Positions 1 to 8,069 of a stretch of DNA of 32,026 bases are shown here, piece by piece. A program made the position numbers and the translations under genes. The stretch's first letter is position 1, and the number at the start of each line of letters is the position of its first letter. Origin of the DNA: Candidatus Nezhaarchaeota archaeon WYZ-LMO8 (GTDB lineage Archaea; Thermoproteota; Methanomethylicia; Nezhaarchaeales; WYZ-LMO8); assembly GCA_004347965.1 (NCBI GenBank), contig QNVF01000013.1, positions 1 through 32,026 on the forward strand, written 5' to 3'. A model generated the notes under the pieces. The model worked only from the letters and a program-made list of their open reading frames with translations, did no database searches and was not told the origin of the DNA.

Positions 1-1872
1 GGTAACAGGGACTTTTCATGGCAGGGACTTCTAGTAGGTCCAATCAATGGTACCGTGTACAAGGTCCTAGACGCTATCTACTATAAGCCTCTAGACGCTC
101 AAGAACTCAAGCCCATATATGTTGCAGCTGGAAGAAATAAAGCTCTTTACTCGTACATTGATGAGCAAGGTAAGGCCTACGATGTTAGAATCTCGATTAG
201 GACCCTGAAGGATCGGGGGAGACTCGAAGTATTTGCTTCTAGGCCATCGGTATTCGCTCCGATATTCGCTTTCTACGACATGAGGACTAATTATGAGTCG
301 TCCTTCCAGATAGTTAGAGAAGGTAATGCTGTGAAGGTAGAGCCAGAGACAATACCCCTAAGGCTAATTATAAGGGGCTTTTCAACACTTAATAGCTTGA
401 ATCAAGAATTCTACTGGGTATACAAGTTAGGTGATGGTTTTCGAACGGTTAGTGAAGGGAAGGTTTACTTTGTAAGGCATGTTCGTCGAGTTAAAGTCCC
501 GATAGCCCTTACTTCAGAAGAAGGACTGTTAAGTGTGGAGATACCGTTAAGGAAGCTAAGTTTCAAGAGGATCGACTATAGAGTTAGGGATAGGTTAAGG
601 AGGTTGCGTGGAGAGCTTAAGAAGAAAGTACGCTATGAGGTAACACCCCAAGTGATCGATGCGCTTGTACTTAGAATTGACAGGTTAATGGCCTTCGGTA
701 TACCAATAGACTCGATACTAGCTCCGGAAGCTGGCGCTATGTGGTTTAAGAGCGTCTGGACTAGAGACCTGCTTGAAGGGTTGCGGTGGAACTTATTAAC
801 CTACACACGCATTTTGGGCGTATCGAGCTGGCTTATTAAATTGGTTGAGAAGCTAATATCCATAGCTTACGAAAATCGCGGTTTAAGGGTCTTCTTAAAT
901 GGAGGTGATCACGTTAGCGATGCTTTTCCTCAGCTAATAAGCCTAGTTGCAAAGCTCTACACGTTAACCCACGATAAAGCTCTAATTAAGAAGACATTGA
1001 AGCTCACTTCGACTGCTTGCAAGCTTCTAAGAAGTGGAGAAAGCTTCTCTGCTTGCAAGCTTTACGACGGTTTACTACTGTGCAAGGCTAATACCTCGTG
1101 GACCGATGTGATTTACGAGATTGATGGAGAAAAATGGCCTCTCAGGATACCATTAGACTGGACAAATAAGACTTCACCAGGAAGCACATTCGCACTCGTT
1201 GAGGTTAACGCCCTCTTCATAGAGAGCCTAAATAGTCTCCTAAAGGTTGTAGAAGGAACGGGGCTTAAAGTTGACAGTGAGATTTATGAAGTTAAATTCG
1301 AGCTACTTGATGGTTACAAGAAGTGGTTCTACGTAGAAGATGGTCTCCCGCCATCAACCATAGAACCGCTAAGTAATTTAAGGGATTGGACTCCGAGCTC
1401 AACTGGCTTAGTAGCGCTCGCAGTGCTTAAAAACATAGTCTACGATAAAAATAGTATCTCGAATACTTGGAAGCACGTGAAGGCCATGATCGTAAAGAGG
1501 AAGTTGGTAAAGTTGGGAGATGGCTGGGAAGACTTTGGCGTCATCACTAGAAAAGTTGAGGAGAGACCTTACCTAGGAGATTTGGAGTATCATGGATCAG
1601 TTGTGTGGCCTCGTGACACACCTTACTTAGTGGAGGTAATGAAGGAGCTGGGCATGGATCCTTACGGCATATTGATTAACAACTTGGATCACATGATCTC
1701 TGAGGGGGCCATAGGATATGTCAATGAGCTGTTTAGCTTACCCGCAGGCTTAAATCCACATCCTTCAGGAGAACTTTCACATAACCCAGTGCCTGTCAAG
1801 AATTATGCACAGTACTGGAGTCACTGGTGCGATCCATACATAGAATACTTTCTCAAAGGTGATGGCTCATGA
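1..1872 (+). CDS. Glycogen debranching enzyme / amylo-alpha-1,6-glucosidase (GH133-like), 5'-partial
   Basis: Frame is open from base 1 (GNRDFSWQGLLVGP...), so the true start is probably upstream of the window. Motifs AGAMWFKSVWTRD, SDA, TSWTD, VEVNALF, YHGSVVWP, GYVNELF and QYWS correspond to the AGxxWF..WGRD / TWMD / VEIQAL / YHNGxVWP / QAWS signatures. Sits next to GT4 genes. Confidence 0.85.
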   Translation, partial: GNRDFSWQGLLVGPINGTVYKVLDAIYYKPLDAQELKPIYVAAGRNKALYSYIDEQGKAYDVRISIRTLKDRGRLEVFASRPSVFAPIFAFYDMRTNYESSFQIVREGNAVKVEPETIPLRLIIRGFSTLNSLNQEFYWVYKLGDGFRTVSEGKVYFVRHVRRVKVPIALTSEEGLLSVEIPLRKLSFKRIDYRVRDRLRRLRGELKKKVRYEVTPQVIDALVLRIDRLMAFGIPIDSILAPEAGAMWFKSVWTRDLLEGLRWNLLTYTRILGVSSWLIKLVEKLISIAYENRGLRVFLNGGDHVSDAFPQLISLVAKLYTLTHDKALIKKTLKLTSTACKLLRSGESFSACKLYDGLLLCKANTSWTDVIYEIDGEKWPLRIPLDWTNKTSPGSTFALVEVNALFIESLNSLLKVVEGTGLKVDSEIYEVKFELLDGYKKWFYVEDGLPPSTIEPLSNLRDWTPSSTGLVALAVLKNIVYDKNSISNTWKHVKAMIVKRKLVKLGDGWEDFGVITRKVEERPYLGDLEYHGSVVWPRDTPYLVEVMKELGMDPYGILINNLDHMISEGAIGYVNELFSLPAGLNPHPSGELSHNPVPVKNYAQYWSHWCDPYIEYFLKGDGS

Positions 1873-2111
1873 AGGAAGAGATAACGCAAATGCTACATAA
1901 AATCTTGTCTACGATGCATCTTCTATCTGCCATCGACGCTGAGAACGCCGTCAATGCCGATGACATAGCTAAGCATGTACAATCAATTGACAAGAGCCAG
2001 ATAGAGGATGTGCTGAGATGTTGTAAGGAACTGGGTTATGTAGGTGAAAGAAGTGGACGTTTTTACCTTACCTTCAAAGGAATCCTCTCTGCTCTCTCAA
2101 TAAGTAGCTGA
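1869..2111 (+). CDS. Small winged-helix-like protein (80 aa)
   Basis: ATGA overlap with the upstream gene and a GGTGA RBS. Pattern 'ADDIAKHV..IDKSQIEDVLR..KELGYV...GRFYLTFKG' is typical of a wHTH wing. Confidence 0.65.
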   Translation: MKEEITQMLHKILSTMHLLSAIDAENAVNADDIAKHVQSIDKSQIEDVLRCCKELGYVGERSGRFYLTFKGILSALSISS

Positions 2112-2117
2112 CGAACT

Positions 2118-2726
2118 ATGGTACATTTGATACTCGTATTTACATGGCACATCAATGGAGTAGTAGGATCGCAAGTACAAGAAGATGCCGAAGAGATCGC
2201 AAAACGAGGCTACGAGGTTATAGTGCTGTATCCATGGCACCATGACATCGGTTCTAAAAGGCGTAACGTGCTCTACCAGCCGGTTGCCATATCAATAAAG
2301 GATAACACGAACATAGTCACCAGCGTAATATCAGCTCTAGGAGATTTCGCTAGAGTGCTATCGAGATTAATTCATGAGCTCTACGATCCTAATCAAGTGA
2401 AGCTGATAATATCTTATGAGTGGTCTGGAGCCCTCTTAGGTTTCTTTGCTAAAGAGTACTTGAAAAGACCCATGATAACCTCGGTTAACAGCGTTGAGAG
2501 CATGAGAACGGGTGAGAAGAGTCTTCTAAGCCTTAGCGTACGTGGCCTTGAAATGCGCTTTTTACACGCCTCAGACTTAATTGTTGCTAGAACTGAGGAA
2601 GCTATAGTAAGAATATTAAACGAGTACAGGATACCAAGCGATAGAGTGAGACTCTCATCAAGTCCAGCACGCATGGCCTTCATAGTTGAGGAGGTCTTGA
2701 GGACCTTTGAAAGTGCTAATGTTTAG
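2118..2726 (+). CDS. GT4 glycosyltransferase N-terminal domain-only protein
   Basis: Collinear with the N-terminal half of 2707..3903 (IISYEWSGALLG vs IHVHDWLTAIAG; RPMITSVNSVE vs RPLIATFHSTE; RIPSDRV vs GVPEDKI). No C-terminal donor-binding domain and no EPFG motif. Confidence 0.7.
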   Translation: MVHLILVFTWHINGVVGSQVQEDAEEIAKRGYEVIVLYPWHHDIGSKRRNVLYQPVAISIKDNTNIVTSVISALGDFARVLSRLIHELYDPNQVKLIISYEWSGALLGFFAKEYLKRPMITSVNSVESMRTGEKSLLSLSVRGLEMRFLHASDLIVARTEEAIVRILNEYRIPSDRVRLSSSPARMAFIVEEVLRTFESANV

Positions 2727-3903
2727 CTGGGAATATCCACCCAGGATCATAGGTGGACTAGCTCGCCACGTGTACTGGCTATCGAAGGCATTGGCTCGTA
2801 GAGGCGTAGAGGTAACGGTGATAACCCTAGATTATCCGGAGACTCCAAGAGTTGAGCATGAAAGGAACTTGAAGATCGTTAGAGTCTCAAGCTACGGATA
2901 TCAGTCAAGCGATTTCGCATCGTGGGTCCATCAATTCAACTTAAATATGATAGAAGCAGCACTTGAAGAAGATGCCTCAATAATTCACGTTCACGATTGG
3001 CTCACAGCAATTGCTGGGATCACGCTCAAGCATTTGCTGAGAAGGCCACTTATAGCCACCTTCCATTCAACAGAGCGTGGGAGGAGGCAGGGCTCAATAG
3101 TAGAAGCAATGCAGAGCCACATACATGCAATTGAGTGGTGGTTAGCTTACGAGAGTTGGAGGATCATAGTATGCAGCAATTACATGAAGTACGAGCTAAG
3201 AAATTCTTTAGGCGTTCCTGAAGACAAGATTGCAGTCATACCCAACGGGATTCACTTGGTAGAGGTACTGCATGCCGTAGACGTTCATCAAGTTAGAAGG
3301 AGATACGCGGAGGATTGGGAGAAGTTAGTTCTCTTCGTTGGAAGAATGGTGTACGAAAAAGGAGTCCACGTACTGGTTGATGCAGCTCTATCCCTGCTAT
3401 CAAGGAGTCAGGATGTGAAGTTCGTCATCGTGGGGGAGGGGCCCATGCGCAAAGAGCTTATGGACAAAGCTTACAGAAGCGGATTTGGACACAAATTCTA
3501 CTTCACCGGCTTTATTGAAGACCTTGAGCTTTACGAGCTTTACAGGTCGTGCGACGTAGCTGTCTTTCCAAGTCTCTACGAGCCCTTCGGCATAGTGGCT
3601 TTAGAAGCATTGATGGCTGGAAAGCCGGTGATAGTTTCCGATGTGGGGGGCCTCTCAGAAATAGTGATTAATGGAGTTAATGGATTGAAGGTACCTCCAG
3701 GTGATGTACACGCATTAAGCTCTGCAATCGAGTACCTAATCGGGAACCCTGAGGTCATGAGGGCTATGGGAGAGAATGGTGCGAAGATTGCTAGAGAAGT
3801 GTACTCTTGGGATACCATAGCAGAAAAAACGCTGAACTTGTACCTTCAAGTCTTGCAAGAGTACGAGAATAACCCTTGGAAACCTAAGAAGAGCGTAAAG
3901 TGA
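2707..3903 (+). CDS. GT4 family glycosyltransferase (probable glycogen synthase / alpha-glucan glucosyltransferase)
   Basis: TTG start after GGAGG. Motifs WEYPPxxxGGL, HDW, HSTExGR, FVGRxxxEKG and PSLYEPFGIVALEA. Glycogen-cluster context. Confidence 0.88.
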   Translation: MKVLMFSWEYPPRIIGGLARHVYWLSKALARRGVEVTVITLDYPETPRVEHERNLKIVRVSSYGYQSSDFASWVHQFNLNMIEAALEEDASIIHVHDWLTAIAGITLKHLLRRPLIATFHSTERGRRQGSIVEAMQSHIHAIEWWLAYESWRIIVCSNYMKYELRNSLGVPEDKIAVIPNGIHLVEVLHAVDVHQVRRRYAEDWEKLVLFVGRMVYEKGVHVLVDAALSLLSRSQDVKFVIVGEGPMRKELMDKAYRSGFGHKFYFTGFIEDLELYELYRSCDVAVFPSLYEPFGIVALEALMAGKPVIVSDVGGLSEIVINGVNGLKVPPGDVHALSSAIEYLIGNPEVMRAMGENGAKIAREVYSWDTIAEKTLNLYLQVLQEYENNPWKPKKSVK

Positions 3904-3952
3904 TATAGCAACTATGCAACCTTCAAGAATGTATCGGTCTTTAGGGCTATCA

Positions 3953-5200
3953 CTAGCATTTTCTCACAATTTCTTCATACACTTTAAGCGTCCTCAAGGT
4001 AGCGTGATCCCACGTAAAGTTTTCTAATACCCTCTTCCTACCGTTGACACCCATCCACCTCCCCCTATCCTGGCTTGATAGTACTGCATCTATCCCCCAA
4101 GCAATGTCTTTAGGATCCTGTGGATTTACATGAATACCACACTGGTTAGCCCCTGATGGTATCACTACCTCTCGAAGACCACTACATCCTCGAGCACCTA
4201 CAACGACAGGCCTCTCCATGGACATGGCCTCTAGAGCCACTATTCCAAACGGCTCATAGAGGCTTGGGAAGACAGCTACATCACATGCGGCATAATAAGC
4301 GACCTTCTCTTCGTCGCTCAAGAACTTATTGATTAATGTTATGTGGCCCATTACATTAAGTTTACTAGCTAATTGAACCAAGTAGTCATATAGATCTCCT
4401 TGGCCTATCACGAGCAATCTCGCACCAGGATAATCTCTGAGCACGTAGGGCATGGCCTCTACCAGCTTGTCGACACCTTTCACCCTAACGAGCCTACCTA
4501 TGAAAAGTATCAACGGCCCATTTCTTACGGCGTGCTTAGCTCTAACCTTCTCGACGACCTCTCTTGAGATCTTTGTGGACGAGAACTTTTCGGGGTCAAC
4601 GCCATTCCACACGACATGAACCTTGCTCATTGGAAAGCCTTGGGGCGCAAGGTCATGATCTCTCATTGCGTAAGAGACCGTGATTATTGAGTCGGCTTTC
4701 TCGGCGCACGCAAGCTCTAAGGCTGAGACTGTAGGAGAACCTCCTCCAAAGTTCCTTCCTCTTTCGGTGGAGTGAACGTGAAATACTAGGGGCAAGCTCC
4801 TTACCTCATCTTTAACTATGAGCCCCGCCATTGCTGAAAGCCAGTCATGAACTGATACGACGTCAAATGGTACTCCACCCCACTCAATCTCCCTCAATAT
4901 TTCAAATGCGGACGCGACATTGTAGGTAAACACGTCGTTAAGATATCTAAATCCCAGACCCCAAGATCTTAACTCGTCGTTCACCATGATCCTTAGAACC
5001 GAAGTAGCATCAACAAACTTTAATCTGTGAATGCGAACTCCTTTATCCAAAGAGGTTGTTGGAAGACCTCCAGGGTTCATAGAGAAAACGTGGACTTCAT
5101 GGCCTAACTTGGCGAGGCGGATTGTCAATTCTCTAGAGTAAACTCCCAAACCTCCGTACACGTTAGGTGGGTATTCTGTTGTAACGAACGCTATTCTCAA
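3953..5200 (-). CDS. GT4 family glycosyltransferase (paralog, probable glycogen synthase)
   Basis: TTG start with a GAAGGAGG RBS. Motifs TEYPPxxxGGLG, HDW, HSTERGR, IGRLxxxKG and PSLYEPFGIVALEA. Confidence 0.88.
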   Translation of the reverse strand: MRIAFVTTEYPPNVYGGLGVYSRELTIRLAKLGHEVHVFSMNPGGLPTTSLDKGVRIHRLKFVDATSVLRIMVNDELRSWGLGFRYLNDVFTYNVASAFEILREIEWGGVPFDVVSVHDWLSAMAGLIVKDEVRSLPLVFHVHSTERGRNFGGGSPTVSALELACAEKADSIITVSYAMRDHDLAPQGFPMSKVHVVWNGVDPEKFSSTKISREVVEKVRAKHAVRNGPLILFIGRLVRVKGVDKLVEAMPYVLRDYPGARLLVIGQGDLYDYLVQLASKLNVMGHITLINKFLSDEEKVAYYAACDVAVFPSLYEPFGIVALEAMSMERPVVVGARGCSGLREVVIPSGANQCGIHVNPQDPKDIAWGIDAVLSSQDRGRWMGVNGRKRVLENFTWDHATLRTLKVYEEIVRKC

Positions 5201-5542
5201 TTAATTCGCCTCCTTCTTTAAACAAGGGATCAATTGCTTTTATCATTAACTAGCACATTAAGTTGTCAGCCGTTTTGAATAATGAACTTTACTTTTTCCC
5301 TCGCAACTCAGCTATGATGAAGTTATTTAGACAAGAAACCAAGATTTCTCAATAAGTAGTGACCGATTAACTATATCAACTTTACATGACATCAAACCAT
5401 CAAGGAGCATTGAAGTCGACTAGGAGTTTGGCAACTTCTAAAAACTTTCTATCAATCACTGAGCTGAAAATAAAGAACTTATAGGTCAAACTTGCACCAT
5501 ATCTCATAGCTCACAGACAGTGATGCATGAGTTGAAGGAATT

Positions 5543-5920
5543 ATGAGCCTAGAAGAGGCACAAATCCTTAGAGAGAGAGCTAAAGCATTCTTGAAAAACG
5601 CTGAGAGCCTTTTCAAAGAAGGTGTATATGACCTTGCAGCATTTAATGTTGAGCAATATTGCCAGCTAATGCTTAAGTATAAGCTGTTAGTTAAGACCGG
5701 GACGTATCCAAGAACTCACTCAATAATAAGGCTTGTGAGGGAGCTATCTAAGATAGATGAAAAGGCAGGTCAACTTCTTCGAGACATGATAATGGTTACT
5801 AAGATAGAGGATGCTTATATAGGCTCAAGGTACCTACCACGCAGGTACGAAAAAGAAGAGGTTGAGGCCATGCTTAAATACGCTAAAGAGGTTTTCGAGG
5901 TCGTGACGAATGAGCTTTGA
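5543..5920 (+). CDS. HEPN domain protein (thermophile HEPN type)
   Basis: Motifs YDLAAFNVEQ, LK, PRTHS and YIGSRY. Overlaps the downstream MNT gene by 11 nt. Confidence 0.85.
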   Translation: MSLEEAQILRERAKAFLKNAESLFKEGVYDLAAFNVEQYCQLMLKYKLLVKTGTYPRTHSIIRLVRELSKIDEKAGQLLRDMIMVTKIEDAYIGSRYLPRRYEKEEVEAMLKYAKEVFEVVTNEL

Positions 5921-6236
5921 TTTGTACATTGAGCGTGGGCTTAGGGACTTAGAGGCCATGAAGAACTACGTGGCAATCGCTAAGAAGGTCAAGGACATAG
6001 TATTAAGTTATGCTCCCGACGCTAGAGTATACGTGTTTGGCTCTGTAGTGGAAGGAAGGTATACAGCAAGTAGCGACATAGACATACTGATAGTGGCCAG
6101 CTTAGAGGACGAAGAGATTTATAGGATGAAGTCGAGAATTTACGAGGAACTTGATGCACCACTACAACTGCATGTAGTACATCCAACTAAGCTATGCTGG
6201 TACACCAAATTTGTAAGCAAGCTCGTAGAGGTCTAG
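5910..6236 (+). CDS. Minimal nucleotidyltransferase (MNT), putative antitoxin
   Basis: VYVFGSVVEGRYTASSDIDILI matches the GS-x10-DxD motif of the Pol-beta superfamily. 108 aa, coupled to the HEPN gene. Confidence 0.88.
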   Translation: MSFDLYIERGLRDLEAMKNYVAIAKKVKDIVLSYAPDARVYVFGSVVEGRYTASSDIDILIVASLEDEEIYRMKSRIYEELDAPLQLHVVHPTKLCWYTKFVSKLVEV

Positions 6237-6603
6237 AGTCTAAGGTGACTAGGACGCTACGGGTCACCGTGGATGTTAGGGTGTAAAGTTTTAACTTGAG
6301 ATCTTATCTCTTAATAACTTTACTGAACATTAGCAAGATCATGAAGTTAACTAGTACATTGTGTTGTCTAACTCGTACTTACAATCACGATTAAACGTTC
6401 TCCAAAACCTCAATAGGATCTAACTCCTCCAAGACTTAGAAGAGAGATGAGAAGGTATCGCTTGCATGTAGTGGATTGTCGATGCCATTAATTGAGTATT
6501 TTATAAAAACATGCATGCCATCTTGATTGCGATTTAAATGATAGAAGATAAGTATAGAAAAACTTTTATTACATGTCACGAGTTGACGAACTTGTGAAGG
6601 ACC

Positions 6604-7392
6604 ATGTATGTCCACCTTCTCTTCGAGAAATTTGATGGGATCATCAAGATAAGCTTAAATAGACCAGAGCTTCTCAACGCCATAAACATAAAACTTCTCA
6701 GCGAACTGCATGACGTCATAGAGAAAGTGAAGAGTGATCCTGAAGTTAAAGTTGTAGTACTAACAGGTGTTGGAAAGGCCTTCTCGTCAGGCATCGAACT
6801 TAAAGTCGCACTAGGAGAGATAGTCAAAGCACCACAACTTGAGTTGCTTGATCGTGTAAAGAAGTTTCATGAAATGATGTACTCCCTCTACACTATTGAC
6901 AAGATAACCATAGCCGCTATTAACGGTCTGGCAATAGGCTTGGGACTAAGCTTAACGTTAGCTTGCGACTTGCGTATAGCATCAGAGAAAGCCATACTAG
7001 CTACAGGATACATAAGGTTAGGTCTTCATCCAGATGGAGGTCTCACATACTTCGTGACTAAGTTAACAAATCCAGCAAAGGCCCTCGAACTCTTCCTGAC
7101 ATCAGACTTCATAGATGCTAAGGAGGCTGAGAGGATAGGTCTAGTTAACAGAGTCGTGCCCCATGAAAAGCTCGACGAAGAGGTTATGAGCTTAGCTAGG
7201 AAGATAGCACAAGGGCCATCGACCACAATAAGGCTTCTAAAGAGTACTATTCACGAGTGCATAAACGCGGATTTGAAGACTATACTTGAGAGAGAGGCTC
7301 TTGCCATAGTGTTGAGCTCTAAAACAGAAGACGCGGAGGAAGGAGTAAGAGCCCTCATCGAGAAGAGACAACCTCAGTTCAAAGGTAGATAA
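6604..7392 (+). CDS. Crotonase superfamily enoyl-CoA hydratase/isomerase (PaaG-like)
   Basis: Motifs LNRPELLNAIN, AFSSGIEL, IAAINGLAIGLG, LACDLRIAS, LGLHPDGG and EGVRALIEKRQP. Confidence 0.88.
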   Translation: MYVHLLFEKFDGIIKISLNRPELLNAINIKLLSELHDVIEKVKSDPEVKVVVLTGVGKAFSSGIELKVALGEIVKAPQLELLDRVKKFHEMMYSLYTIDKITIAAINGLAIGLGLSLTLACDLRIASEKAILATGYIRLGLHPDGGLTYFVTKLTNPAKALELFLTSDFIDAKEAERIGLVNRVVPHEKLDEEVMSLARKIAQGPSTTIRLLKSTIHECINADLKTILEREALAIVLSSKTEDAEEGVRALIEKRQPQFKGR

Positions 7393-7650
7393 TACCATGA
7401 GGTTGAGAGACAGTAAGGGCAGTATTTGACTACGTCAACATATGTGACAGAGAAGATCTGGTAAAACACCATTTAACTATCATAGCCCAGATGTGAAAAT
7501 CCCCTCATAGTTGAAGTCATGATAGCTTTAAACGAGGACTAAACATCCCTCCTTAAGAAAGCCTAAAAGAGGGTTACATAGCTGAAGTAAACATATCCTA
7601 TTGGAAGAAGTAATCCATCATTCAATAGCACATGAAGCTTTGAAAATTAA

Positions 7651-7725
7651 CGGGCCCGGGGGGACTTGAACCCCCGACCTCCGGCTCCGAAGGCCGTTGC
7701 TCTATCCTGGCTGAGCTACGGGCCC
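7651..7725 (-). tRNA. tRNA-Arg (anticodon TCG), intronless, CCA not encoded
   Basis: Minus strand folds as GGGCCCG-TA-GCTC-AGCCAGGATA-GAGC-A-ACGGC-CTTCGGA-GCCGG-AGGTC-GGGGG-TTCAAGT-CCCCC-CGGGCCC-G. The A20 Arg identity base is present. Confidence 0.96.
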
Positions 7726-7746
7726 ATTTTCTGAATGTGCAGAGGC

Positions 7747-7754
7747 GATAAAAA
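7747..7754 (-). promoter_or_regulatory. Putative TATA box of tRNA-Arg(TCG)
   Basis: TTTTTATC on the minus strand, ending about 21 nt upstream of the tRNA 5' end. Confidence 0.4.
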
Positions 7755-8069
7755 TGTTAAGTTGATTTATGCTTAATTATTGACTCACCCTCGTTGAAGC
7801 TTACACGAATTTTTAGGAAACCCCATCTTCACACATCATCTATAAAACATGTTTACCTGCAGTCTCACTAACTATAGTTCATTTTGCCCTAAAATTTTAG
7901 TTATAGGGATGAATGCTGAGAAAAGCTTTAGTTTCTACAAGGTCATAGTTTTGTTAATAAGTAAATGCAAAAATGTGAATTTATTGACTTTAAATGGATA
8001 AAATAATTTCCATAGTATATGCCTTTAAAGAAAAATTTTTAACATATTGTAGAGATTAGTAGAAGACTG

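Noticed and set aside
2118..3903. Frameshifted single gene joining 2118..2726 and 2707..3903
   Set aside because: The downstream ORF has its own RBS, start and complete N-terminal domain, so the upstream ORF is a duplicate domain and not its missing part.
6254..6278. Inverted repeat GGTGAC...GTCACC after the MNT gene as a MITE end or ncRNA
   Set aside because: Only a 6-7 bp stem, with no second copy or target-site duplication seen.
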